From the NCBI GenBank assembly GCA_964538065.1, contig CAZIDG010000002.1:25229-89228 (forward strand): 64,000 nucleotides of DNA, read 5' to 3'. The first letter of the stretch is position 1; every line of letters begins with the position of its first letter. The position numbers and the translations under genes are program-made. The notes beneath the pieces were generated by a model that did not search any database, was not told the DNA's origin, and saw only the letters and a program-made list of their open reading frames with translations. Positions 9,961 through 19,005 of the stretch are shown in pieces. This DNA comes from an uncultured Verrucomicrobiota bacterium (lineage in GTDB: Bacteria > Verrucomicrobiota > Verrucomicrobiia > Limisphaerales > UBA1319).

Positions 9961-12771
9961 GTGGGTGCCTTAATTTCCGGCACCGTGAAATCCATATCGC
10001 TTTCTTTCGGATTAGCCTGCTTGGTTTTATCGATCATGATCGTGCCAGCGGAGGCTGTAATCACTGTTCAGGACCTGAGGTGTGAGTACCGTTCGATACC
10101 CTTGGGGATCGATTGTGCTCAGCCGCGTTTGGGTTGGATCTTGTCATCCAACAGGCGGGGGGAGAAGCAGGCTGCTTATCAGGTGTTGGTGGCGTCGAGT
10201 GCAGAAAAACTTGCCCGGAACCAGGCCGATCTTTGGGACAGCGGCAAGGTGGTATCTTCAGAATCAGTTGAGGTGGTTTATGCGGGTACGAGCCTGCACT
10301 CCAGCCAACGTGCCTGGTGGAAGGTGAGGGTCTGGGACAATGATGATCAACCCTCTCATTATAGCAAGCCAGCCTGGTGGGAGACTGCATTATTGATGCC
10401 GCAAGACTGGCAGGCGCAATGGATTCAGCGCAAAACGATGGGACCAGTCACTGAAGCCCAGATGTTTGCCGATCATCCAGCACCGCTTTTCCGCAAGGAA
10501 TTCGTTCTGGACAGGAAAATCGCACGTGCTCGTGCCTATATCAGTGGCCTTGGGTATTATGAACTCCGTCTCAATGGTGAGCGTGTTGGCGACCACGTGC
10601 TCGATCCTGGTTGGACCACCATTTCCAAGCGGGTGCTCTATTCAACCTACGACATAACGGATCAGATAAAACAAGGACGCAATGCGGTCGGGGTCATGCT
10701 TGGCAACGGATGGTTTAATCCGCTTCCGCTGCGCATGTGGGGGCACATTAATCCTCGTGATGCTCTTACCATTGGCGAGCCACGTGCTATTGTGCAACTC
10801 GTGGTCGATTTCGAAGATGGAACCAGACAGGTTGTTGCCACAGATGCTACCTGGCGTGTCAGTGGCGGTCCAATTTTGCGCAACAGTATTTATTTGGGGG
10901 AGAAATATGATGCACGTTGCGAGCAGACAGGCTGGGACACGGCTAATTTTGACGATTCAAAATGGGAGACTGCGGTGCCGGCTGTTCAACCGGAAGTCGG
11001 CCCCTTGCGAGCACAGGATGCTCCGCCCATTCGAGTCACCCGTACTCTCAAACCGGTTAAGTTGACAGAACCGAAGCCTGGGGTGTTTGTTTACGACTTT
11101 GGTCAAAACTTTGCCGGTTGGGTTCGATTGAAAGTGAGTGGCCCATCCGGCACATGCGTCCGCCTTCGTTCTGGCGAGCTGGTATATCCCGACGGAACTC
11201 TCAACGGCATGACTGCAGTGTGCGGCCAGATCAAGGGTGGAGGAGTCAATTACCGGTATGAAGGGGACGGAGATCCCAAAACGGCCTTCCAAATTGATGA
11301 ATACATCCTGAAAGGGCGGGGTGTCGAGGTGTTTGCACCGCGATTTACCTTCCATGGATTTCGTTATGTCGAAGTGACGGGTTTTCCGGGCAGACCGACC
11401 TTGGAGACTCTTGAAGGTCTTCGTTTGAATTCTGATGTGGCGAGCGCTGGATCGTTTGAGTGTTCAAACGAGATGTTCAACCGCATACAGGAAATGGTCC
11501 TGTGGACGGAGCTGAGCAACCTTTTCAGCGTCCAATCCGATTGCCCGCATCGTGAAAAATATGGGTATGGCGGCGATATTGTTGCATCCAGTGAAATGGC
11601 CATGATGAATTTCGACATGGCGCGGTTTTACGCAAAAGCTGCACAGGACCTCTGGGATGCGGTCCGGTCCAATGGCGGTTTTACCGAGACATCGCCTTTT
11701 GTGGGAATAAGTGACGAAGGATTGGGTGACAAATCGGGACCCATTGGGTGGGGGACAGCGCAGCCGCTGCTTCTCCATCAATTGCGCCAATATTACGGAG
11801 AAACCCGGCTTATACGAGAACAGTACCAGGCAACCAAAAAATGGGTTGGACTGTTACATTCCTTGGCCAAGGATGGCATTCTGGACAATGGTCTCAGTGA
11901 TCATGAGAGTCTGGTACCAAAGCCGCGCGCTTTGTCTGGAACGGCCTTTTATTACTATAATGTAAAATTGTTTTCTCAATTGGCTGCCTCCTTGGGACAG
12001 GAAGCAGACGCACGCGAGGCATCTGCCCTGGCAGAGGAAATCAAAGCGGCCTTCAATCGCAGGTTTCTGACCAGGGGCACAGGTCGCTATGATGCCGCCA
12101 CGCAGGCATGTCAGTCATTTGCGCTTTATCACGGTCTGACCCCATCAGAAGAACAGGCGGTTGCACTCGATGTGCTTGTAGCGGACGTGGGCAAACACGA
12201 CAACCACCTGACGACGGGTATTTTCGGCACCAAATACATGCTCAACGCCTTGACGGATGGAGGCCGTGCCGATGTCGCGTATCGTTTGGTCAATCAGCGT
12301 ACTTTTCCTGGATGGGGCCATATGCTGGAGCTCGGAGGAACCACTCTTTGGGAACACTGGGAATTCAGTGACAATACATTCTCACACAACCATCCAATGT
12401 TTGGTTCTGTCAGCGAATGGTTCTATAAGGCGCTTGCCGGCATACGGCCTTCTCCCGATGCCGTTGGATTCGATAAGATTATAATCAAGCCCCAGCCGGT
12501 TGGTGATCTGCGTTGGGTACGCGCCACCCACAATACCGTTCGTGGCAAGATATCGTCAGCCTGGGAGAAAAAGGATGGAAAGTTCAGGCTCAGCATCGTG
12601 ATCCCCGTAAATGCGATTGCCGACGTATATGTACCTGCCAGGGACGCGGCGCATGTGACGGAAGGAGGCAGGACAATCAACAAGGCGAGAGGAGTGAAAT
12701 TCCTTCGGATGGAAGGAGATGCCGCTGTGTTCGCAGTTGGCTCAGGAAGTTACGAATTCGTGGCGGATTGA
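9961..12771 (+). CDS. Alpha-L-rhamnosidase (GH78 family), secreted
   Basis: 936-aa ORF with a GTG start and an N-terminal signal-like segment (LSFGLACLVLSIMIVPAEA). GH78 hallmarks include SDCPHREKYGYGGD and a long (alpha/alpha)6-type C-terminal half. The length is typical for bacterial rhamnosidases. Confidence 0.85.
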   Translation: MGALISGTVKSISLSFGLACLVLSIMIVPAEAVITVQDLRCEYRSIPLGIDCAQPRLGWILSSNRRGEKQAAYQVLVASSAEKLARNQADLWDSGKVVSSESVEVVYAGTSLHSSQRAWWKVRVWDNDDQPSHYSKPAWWETALLMPQDWQAQWIQRKTMGPVTEAQMFADHPAPLFRKEFVLDRKIARARAYISGLGYYELRLNGERVGDHVLDPGWTTISKRVLYSTYDITDQIKQGRNAVGVMLGNGWFNPLPLRMWGHINPRDALTIGEPRAIVQLVVDFEDGTRQVVATDATWRVSGGPILRNSIYLGEKYDARCEQTGWDTANFDDSKWETAVPAVQPEVGPLRAQDAPPIRVTRTLKPVKLTEPKPGVFVYDFGQNFAGWVRLKVSGPSGTCVRLRSGELVYPDGTLNGMTAVCGQIKGGGVNYRYEGDGDPKTAFQIDEYILKGRGVEVFAPRFTFHGFRYVEVTGFPGRPTLETLEGLRLNSDVASAGSFECSNEMFNRIQEMVLWTELSNLFSVQSDCPHREKYGYGGDIVASSEMAMMNFDMARFYAKAAQDLWDAVRSNGGFTETSPFVGISDEGLGDKSGPIGWGTAQPLLLHQLRQYYGETRLIREQYQATKKWVGLLHSLAKDGILDNGLSDHESLVPKPRALSGTAFYYYNVKLFSQLAASLGQEADAREASALAEEIKAAFNRRFLTRGTGRYDAATQACQSFALYHGLTPSEEQAVALDVLVADVGKHDNHLTTGIFGTKYMLNALTDGGRADVAYRLVNQRTFPGWGHMLELGGTTLWEHWEFSDNTFSHNHPMFGSVSEWFYKALAGIRPSPDAVGFDKIIIKPQPVGDLRWVRATHNTVRGKISSAWEKKDGKFRLSIVIPVNAIADVYVPARDAAHVTEGGRTINKARGVKFLRMEGDAAVFAVGSGSYEFVAD

Positions 12772-12793
12772 TTTCAAGAGACTTGTCACCACA

Positions 12794-12831
12794 TGCCCTG
12801 TCAGCAGGTAAACACGACCGCTGGCAGGGCA
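12794..12831. terminator. Hairpin between convergent genes (candidate bidirectional terminator)
   Basis: TGCCCTGTCAGC (12794-12805) pairs with GCTGGCAGGGCA (12820-12831). This gives 11 of 12 bp with a 14-nt loop, between the rhamnosidase stop (12771) and the EIIA-like stop (12861). No clear U-tract. Confidence 0.45.
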
Positions 12832-12860
12832 CACGTATTCGAATTGCGAAATGTCTCCTG

Positions 12861-13364
12861 TTAAAACTGTTCTTCTGCAGTCCGAATGATTTGGCGGATT
12901 TTTTCCGGACGATCCGCCGTCAAAAGAGATTTGCGGACGCGTGAATCACGCAAAACTCGGCTCAGTCGCGCCAGAAGTTGCAGGTGAAGACTGACAGTGG
13001 GCGCCACTAACAGGAAAAAGAGTTGGGCAGGTGAGTTGTCGACAGCGCCAAAGGCAATACCCTTGTCATGGCGTCCAAAAACGATGACCGGATCGTTCAC
13101 CAATCCCACCAGAGCGTTGCGACAGTGTGGCAGTGCAACGCCATCGCCAACACCTGTGCTGCACAATTGCTCACGCTCCTGTAACGCCTTGAGGAGTTTT
13201 GCCCGGCTCTCGGGATGACCTGCGAGTTGGGGGATTTTGGTTGTCAATTCCTCCAGAACAGCATCACGAGTGCTGCTTTGGAGATTGAGCTCAATCATTT
13301 CCGGTTTGAACAAGGGCGTCAGCAACAGCTGACGTGCACCGCTATCAACAGTGGATTCATTCAT
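12861..13364 (-). CDS. PTS EIIA type-2 domain protein (PtsN / EIIA-Ntr-like)
   Basis: 167 aa. Has the GDGVALPHCR motif (phosphorylatable His context of EIIA-2, cf. G-[IV]A[IL]PH) and the overall EIIA-2 length and pattern (IVFGRHDKGIAF ... FFLLVAP). Confidence 0.8.
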   Translation of the reverse strand: MNESTVDSGARQLLLTPLFKPEMIELNLQSSTRDAVLEELTTKIPQLAGHPESRAKLLKALQEREQLCSTGVGDGVALPHCRNALVGLVNDPVIVFGRHDKGIAFGAVDNSPAQLFFLLVAPTVSLHLQLLARLSRVLRDSRVRKSLLTADRPEKIRQIIRTAEEQF

Positions 13365-13385
13365 GGGTAATAAATATAATGGTAA

Positions 13386-14771
13386 TCATGGATCGAGAAA
13401 CTTCCCTGGATTGAGGATGCCATGGGGATCAAGGGCATCTTTAATCAAACGATGAAATTGATGCACCTCCGGCTTGATGGCCATTGGCCACCACGGTTTT
13501 CGCGACAGACCAATCCCATGTTCTCCTGTGATGACTCCACCCCAGGAGAGAACCTGTTGGAATAATTCATCCAAAACGGTACGGCACCGTTCATTGACGC
13601 CTGGGAGCGTTTTATCCACCATGACATTGACGTGAATATTCCCATCTCCAGCATGACCGAAGCAGGCCACAGGAAATTGATGCTTCTTCTGCAGGCGGGC
13701 TGTAAAACGGAACAAGTCCTCAAGGCGCCCGCGGGGCACGGTGATATCTTCGTTCAGCTTCTGCAGGCCGGTGTCGCGCAGTGCATAGGAAAATTCGCGG
13801 CGTAATTGCCAGATCGATTCACATGATTCCGCGCCAAAGGCGGAACGCACAAAGCGCGGGTTGAATTGACGGACAATTTTCTCCACCTGACGGAGTTCCT
13901 GGCGAACCGATTTGGCCTGACCGTCCATCTCCACAATTAAGTGAGCCCGGCAGCCCTCGAGCATTTTGCTGCCGGTGCGTTTATGCGCGGCGGCAAGGGT
14001 AAAGGCATCGGCCACTTCCAGGGCGGAGGGCAGGAAGCCTCCGGCAAAAATGGCTCGAATTGCTTTGGCGTCGTCGGCCATCTCGCTAAATCCAACAGAC
14101 AGGCATGCCCGGAATGGGGGCAGGGGGATGAGTTTGAGTGTGGCCTCCGTGACAATGCCCAGCATCCCTTCTGAGCCTACAAACACACGGGAAAGATCAA
14201 AGCCGGTCTTGTTTTTATGGGTCCTGCTGCCTAATCGCAGCACAGTACCGTTGGCAAGTACAACCTCAAGACCCAGAACATAGTCGCGGGTGACCCCATA
14301 TTTTAGACACCGGGGTCCCCCTGCGTTGGTGGCAATATTCCCACCGATGAAGCACTCGCCACGGCTGGCTGGATCCGGCGGGTAAAACAAGCCGCGTTTT
14401 TCGACCGCCTTTTGAAGCCTTTCAGTGATGACACCTGGTTGGACTACCGCGACAAAGTCTCCTGCATTGATTTCCTTGATGCGATTCATTCGTGTCATGG
14501 ATAGCACCAACCCACCCCGCACAGGCACGCATCCGCCTGCATATCCGCATCCCGCACCACGTGCTGTAACTGGAATCCGGTGCTGATCGGCAAAGGCAAG
14601 GATTTTGGACACGGTCTCAACATTGCGGGGAAATGCCACGGCATCTGGCTGACAGGAGGCCATCCATTTGTCTGAGGCGTGCTCTTTGAGGACTTTCGGA
14701 TCAAAACACAAAACATCCTGTGGAACAAGTCTCGCTAATTTTCGCAGGGTGGAGCGATCAATGGTTTTCAT
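13386..14771 (-). CDS. FAD-binding oxidoreductase, GlcD / D-lactate dehydrogenase family
   Basis: 461 aa. FAD_binding_4-type N-terminal half (IPVTARGAGCGYAGGCVP ... GVITERL) and FAD-oxidase C-terminal half ending GGVITGEHGIG...DPHGILNPGK, which is diagnostic of the GlcD/DLD family. Confidence 0.9.
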   Translation of the reverse strand: MKTIDRSTLRKLARLVPQDVLCFDPKVLKEHASDKWMASCQPDAVAFPRNVETVSKILAFADQHRIPVTARGAGCGYAGGCVPVRGGLVLSMTRMNRIKEINAGDFVAVVQPGVITERLQKAVEKRGLFYPPDPASRGECFIGGNIATNAGGPRCLKYGVTRDYVLGLEVVLANGTVLRLGSRTHKNKTGFDLSRVFVGSEGMLGIVTEATLKLIPLPPFRACLSVGFSEMADDAKAIRAIFAGGFLPSALEVADAFTLAAAHKRTGSKMLEGCRAHLIVEMDGQAKSVRQELRQVEKIVRQFNPRFVRSAFGAESCESIWQLRREFSYALRDTGLQKLNEDITVPRGRLEDLFRFTARLQKKHQFPVACFGHAGDGNIHVNVMVDKTLPGVNERCRTVLDELFQQVLSWGGVITGEHGIGLSRKPWWPMAIKPEVHQFHRLIKDALDPHGILNPGKFLDP

Positions 14772-14989
14772 GAAAACATACGGTCCAGTGCCGTCGGGAA
14801 ATGATGCGTTTTACTCGCTTGGATTGCATGTGCCTTGACCACAACGCGGCCGATAGTTACTGCGGCGAGGATGCTGGAAACAGCCAATCCGGCATGGAGG
14901 AGCGCCTGAGCACTTTCAGTCCCCGGAAACAAGCGCATCAAACGCGCATCGATGACATCAAACATTGGATGTGCCATGGTCCAATCCAT
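14768..14989 (-). CDS. Hypothetical 73-aa protein with one hydrophobic segment
   Basis: Its stop overlaps the GlcD-like start in an ATGA junction (14768-14771), and it begins 30 nt after the PIN/TRAM stop. It fills an otherwise empty 248-nt gap inside an operon. Contains a putative TM (LHAGLAVSSILAAVTIGRVVV). No recognisable family. Confidence 0.35.
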   Translation of the reverse strand: MDWTMAHPMFDVIDARLMRLFPGTESAQALLHAGLAVSSILAAVTIGRVVVKAHAIQASKTHHFPTALDRMFS

Positions 14990-15019
14990 GAGTTAATAAT
15001 AATGCTGCTGAGTGGCGAA

Positions 15020-16030
15020 TCAAGTGACCACTGGTTGTTGAAGATCCGCGAATACAATGACACCAGCACCTGTCTGGAGAAGACTGATGACATGGACCCC
15101 CACCTGCTGGCCGATCAAATTGTGCGCCTGGTTGACAACCACCATGGTCCCATCGCTTAAATAGCCAACCCCTTGTCCCTTGTCCTTGCCTTCGCGCACG
15201 ATCCGGATATTGAAAGACTCTCCCGGCAGGATGACCGGCTTGAGGACCTGGGCCAGCTCTGCGATGTTCACGCAGGAAACCGATTGCAGAGTGGCAATTT
15301 TGGTCAGATTAAAATCCGTGGTGTACAGCCTCGCATTGAGGGTCTTTGCCAGACGTACCAATTTGGCATCCACTTGAGGTTCGTCCGGAAAGTCAGCTTC
15401 GTGGATTTTGACTTCATTCTTGTTGTTGTGACGAATGCGTTCGAGCATGTCGAGCCCCCGGCGGCCGCGCACGCGTTTGATCGAGTCCTTGCTGTCAGCG
15501 ATCTGATGCAACTCCCGCAGCACAAAACGAGGCACCACAATGATCCCTTCAAGATAGTTGGCCTCAATAAGGTCGGTGATGCGACCATCCACGATGACGC
15601 TGGTATCAAGCAACAGGAGGTTTTCAGGTTTGTTTTGTGCTGCGAAACGCACAAAGGGGATGATGAGGTAGAAATCCTCCTTGTTGCTGCGCATGGCCAG
15701 AATCATGCCAATGTAGCTAAAACTGACAAACAGGCACAGCCGGACGACCCATCGGGTTGTTTCGTCCACATAGATGAATAGCTGGGAACGATCAATCATC
15801 CAGGCTACCATTGTGCCCAGCAGCAGACCGAAACTCGCGGCCGAGAATGCACGAAGGGAAAAGCCTTTCAGCATCTCATCAATGGCAATGAGAAGTCCGC
15901 CCAAACCGAATCCGATGATGATGCCGATCAGGCCGCCGCCCGCCACCAGTTCGGGCCGCACCTGCGTAATGGCGAATCCCCCTGTGCAACAGAGTAACAA
16001 AAAGAATATGCGTACGACCCAGAGTGACAT
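15020..16030 (-). CDS. Membrane-anchored PIN + TRAM domain protein (YacL-like)
   Basis: The N-terminal ~120 aa carry about four hydrophobic helices. PIN block: LLLDTSVIVDGRITDLIEANYLEGIIVVPRFVLRELHQIAD. C-terminal TRAM-like block: GESFNIRIVREGKDKGQGVGYLSDGTMVVV. Confidence 0.85.
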   Translation of the reverse strand: MSLWVVRIFFLLLCCTGGFAITQVRPELVAGGGLIGIIIGFGLGGLLIAIDEMLKGFSLRAFSAASFGLLLGTMVAWMIDRSQLFIYVDETTRWVVRLCLFVSFSYIGMILAMRSNKEDFYLIIPFVRFAAQNKPENLLLLDTSVIVDGRITDLIEANYLEGIIVVPRFVLRELHQIADSKDSIKRVRGRRGLDMLERIRHNNKNEVKIHEADFPDEPQVDAKLVRLAKTLNARLYTTDFNLTKIATLQSVSCVNIAELAQVLKPVILPGESFNIRIVREGKDKGQGVGYLSDGTMVVVNQAHNLIGQQVGVHVISLLQTGAGVIVFADLQQPVVT

Positions 16031-16033
16031 AAT

Positions 16034-17017
16034 TTACCAAACCGGACTTTTGCCTGGATAGGGTAGTTTTGCCGGCTGTTTAGTCGAGCTTTTTACCGTC
16101 TTTGGCCGGTAGAGCAAGCCGTATTTGTTGAGATTACTGCTCAGGACGGTGAGATTACTTGAAAGAGCCGTGAACTCCATGGCGAGAGTTTTGTCCGTTA
16201 AGAGCTTCCCAGCCACGCCCTCGCCGTTCTCCAGACCGTGCAGAAGATTGCTGGCGCTGGTGCTGGCGCTTTCCAAATTGATGGTCATGCGCTTGAAGGA
16301 TGAACCGTTGGTGGACAAAACCTCGTTGGCCTGGGCAGCCAGACGATTGGCTTCGACTGTGAAGACAACCAGATTGCTTAACGCCGTGGTGACCGTCACG
16401 GCATTTGACTGAACCAGGCCATTAATGCCTGTCGCCATGCTGGTGAATTCCGATGACATCGTATGAAGGTTGGCCAGTGTGTTGGTCAGATTGACCAGGT
16501 TCTGCTCGGCTAATAGAATCCGGTCGATCCGGCTCATCGAATGATTGACTATCTGTGCGGTTTCATCGAGGCGCTTCATTAAAAGAGATGCCGAACGTGC
16601 GGTGTCTTGCAGGTTGAAGGGCTCCTGACATTGGACCACGCTCCCGTTTGTCATGGGGGGGGCTATGTTCGGGCCCGGTGAAATGGAGATGAATTGATCG
16701 CCAAGAAAACCGGCCTGATCGATGACAAATACGGCATCTTCGCGGATCATGTATTTTTTAAGTATGCGCGCCCGAATGGTGACCGAACGCCCATCCGGAT
16801 TCAGATCGGCATCCACCACGTTGCCAACCTGAACGCCGGCCATGGCTACGGTTGCATGAGGTTTGATCGATCCCACATTTTTGGCCAGCAGTCGGATCTC
16901 GTAGGAAGGCTTGAAAAGGGTCGCGCCTTTTGTGAATTGGAGCAGCATGGCGCCCAATAGCGTCAGGCCAATCAAGACGAACAGGCCTACCTTCCAGAAT
17001 GTGCGGGGTTCTTTCAT
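16034..17017 (-). CDS. MCE/MlaD-family protein with a long C-terminal helical extension
   Basis: N-terminal TM (VGLFVLIGLTLLGAMLL) and an MCE barrel region (AKNVGSIKPHATVAMAGVQVGNVV). About 180 aa of N/L/S/T-rich helical repeats follow. ATGA overlap with the upstream ATPase gene (17014-17017). Confidence 0.85.
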   Translation of the reverse strand: MKEPRTFWKVGLFVLIGLTLLGAMLLQFTKGATLFKPSYEIRLLAKNVGSIKPHATVAMAGVQVGNVVDADLNPDGRSVTIRARILKKYMIREDAVFVIDQAGFLGDQFISISPGPNIAPPMTNGSVVQCQEPFNLQDTARSASLLMKRLDETAQIVNHSMSRIDRILLAEQNLVNLTNTLANLHTMSSEFTSMATGINGLVQSNAVTVTTALSNLVVFTVEANRLAAQANEVLSTNGSSFKRMTINLESASTSASNLLHGLENGEGVAGKLLTDKTLAMEFTALSSNLTVLSSNLNKYGLLYRPKTVKSSTKQPAKLPYPGKSPVW

Positions 17018-17760
17018 GAATTAACGGAGTGAGATTGGGAAATGCCGTTGACGAAACAATGTATCACAGGGTCCTGGCTGTTGAAAAGCTCCGTGGGGGT
17101 GCCCGAGAAGTAAATGCGTCCCTCATGGAGCATCAGGATGCGGTGGCCGATGCGCCGGGCGCTTCGCATGTCATGGGTGACGGCGATGCTGGTCACCTTG
17201 AGTTGTTCACAAACGTCAATGATCAACCGGTCGATGCTGTCCGAAGCGACAGGATCGAGGCCGGTGGTGGGTTCATCATACAAAATAATCTCTGGTTGAT
17301 ATACCACCGCTCGGGCCAGGCCTACTCGCTTGCGCATGCCCCCAGAGAGTTCAGATGGTTTTTTATCCTCGATGCCGCTGAGGTTCACCATGGCAAGTGC
17401 CTCGGCCACCTTGTGGCTGATTTCTACATCCGAGTAGCGGGATTCACGCCTCAAGGGGAATGCTATGTTCTCAGCCACGCTCAAGGAGTCAAAAAGGGCC
17501 GCACCTTGAAAGAGCATGCCGAACTTGCGGCGAATGGGGAGCAGGTCGCGTTCCGACAGTTCGACAAGATTCTGATTGTCCACCAAAACTTCGCCTGAAT
17601 CTGGTTGGGCCAGGCCGATGAGGTGGCGAAGCAGAACACTCTTCCCGCCTCCGCTGCGCCCGATGATGACGACCGATTCACCCGTTTCAATCCGGAGGCT
17701 GGCGCCATCAAGAACTCGATGTGTGCCAAAGCTCTTCACCAGTTGTCTCACTTCAATCAT
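17014..17760 (-). CDS. ABC transporter ATP-binding protein, MlaF-like
   Basis: Walker A GRSGGGKS, signature LSGGMRKRVGLA, Walker B IILYDEPTTGLD, H-loop VTHD. ATGA overlap with the upstream permease gene (17757-17760). Confidence 0.9.
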   Translation of the reverse strand: MIEVRQLVKSFGTHRVLDGASLRIETGESVVIIGRSGGGKSVLLRHLIGLAQPDSGEVLVDNQNLVELSERDLLPIRRKFGMLFQGAALFDSLSVAENIAFPLRRESRYSDVEISHKVAEALAMVNLSGIEDKKPSELSGGMRKRVGLARAVVYQPEIILYDEPTTGLDPVASDSIDRLIIDVCEQLKVTSIAVTHDMRSARRIGHRILMLHEGRIYFSGTPTELFNSQDPVIHCFVNGISQSHSVNS

Positions 17761-18536
17761 AGCAGGGCAATAAGTCGTGTCAGAGCCATGGTCAGGAAAA
17801 AATTGCTCATGAGCACAGCAATGGAGGAATAGACAACGGAGTCGGTGGTGGCTTTGCCTACCCCCTCAGCACCCTCGCCACAATAAATGCCCTTGTAACA
17901 CCCTATCATGGCAATGATCGCACCAAAAACAAAACATTTGGCAAGCCCCATAAGGAGATCGCTCGGGCTTGTATAACGAAGCATGTTATGCCAGGCATAG
18001 GCGGCGTCAATTTCAAGCATCCCAACTCCCACGCAATAGGCGGCGCCAATGCCAACAGCGATGGCTTCGGAAGTCAACAACGGCATGGCCACTACGGTGG
18101 CCATGAAACGGGGCACAACCAGGAAATCCACTGGATGTGTGGCCAGGGCTCGCAACGCATCGATCTGTTCTGTCACCTTCATGGTCCCCAATTCTGCAGC
18201 CATGGCTGCTCCGACACGGCCCGCAACCATGAGAGCTGTCAACACCGGTCCCAATTCGCTGCACATGGACACACTCACCACGGCAAGCGTCGCTGTGTCC
18301 ATCTTGACCTTGTGAAATTGGAAGTATGTTTGTGCGCAGAGGACCATTCCCGTGAAGGCACCGGTGATCAACACCACGGACTGGGATTTTACCCCAATAA
18401 AGTACAGTTGTTGCAGGAAACCCGGACGGTTGAATCGTTGGGTCCCGAGAGAACGCATGGTCTCCAGCCAGAGCAGGGTGATTCTGCCCAGGCCCTCAAG
18501 CCAATCCTTAATGGTGGTCCACATCATAGTCCGCAC
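17757..18536 (-). CDS. ABC transporter permease, MlaE-like
   Basis: 259 aa and polytopic. Conserved MlaE-type stretch: ELGPVLTALMVAGRVGAAMAAELGTMKVTEQIDAL. First gene of the operon. Confidence 0.9.
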   Translation of the reverse strand: MRTMMWTTIKDWLEGLGRITLLWLETMRSLGTQRFNRPGFLQQLYFIGVKSQSVVLITGAFTGMVLCAQTYFQFHKVKMDTATLAVVSVSMCSELGPVLTALMVAGRVGAAMAAELGTMKVTEQIDALRALATHPVDFLVVPRFMATVVAMPLLTSEAIAVGIGAAYCVGVGMLEIDAAYAWHNMLRYTSPSDLLMGLAKCFVFGAIIAMIGCYKGIYCGEGAEGVGKATTDSVVYSSIAVLMSNFFLTMALTRLIALL

Positions 18537-19005
18537 CCAACACCCCTCTCTTAGCAGGTGCCTGCTCCAAAGGCGAGCATTAAGAGAATCGCCTTAAAAA
18601 ACACGGAGCCTTTTGGACTTGAAAGACATCGGAGAATCCGTTCATGCTGTGTCAGGTCTGATACCAGTCCTCGGGAGATCAGAAGATGCTGGCTCGCCAT
18701 TGCTTTGTGAACTGTCCCTGACCTCTTGTTTCGCGGTGCGGGCCTCAATGGTTTCTATTTTGCGTATCCGCGTTTCGGAGGCGGACAGGCGGTTTTGTGC
18801 GGCGTTGCATGGTGTTTCACTGGGCGTGGGGGGGCTGGATGGGGCGCATCTGGTGCTGGGATGTGTTTAGCTTGGCGGTGGCATTTGCCGCAAAGTAGTG
18901 GATATTGATGCACCTAACTGCAGGTGCCCAATCGAGCCTCCTGGAGTTCTCCTGGCATGTCTGCAAATGAGGGGTATTTCAGGTGTTCGAAAATTGGGGC
19001 GGTAA

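Noticed and set aside
15173-18554. Plus-strand ORFs of 188-202 aa (15173-15781, 17029-17598, 17988-18554)
   Set aside because: They are all antisense to the PIN/TRAM, MlaF-like and MlaE-like genes. They are shadow ORFs.
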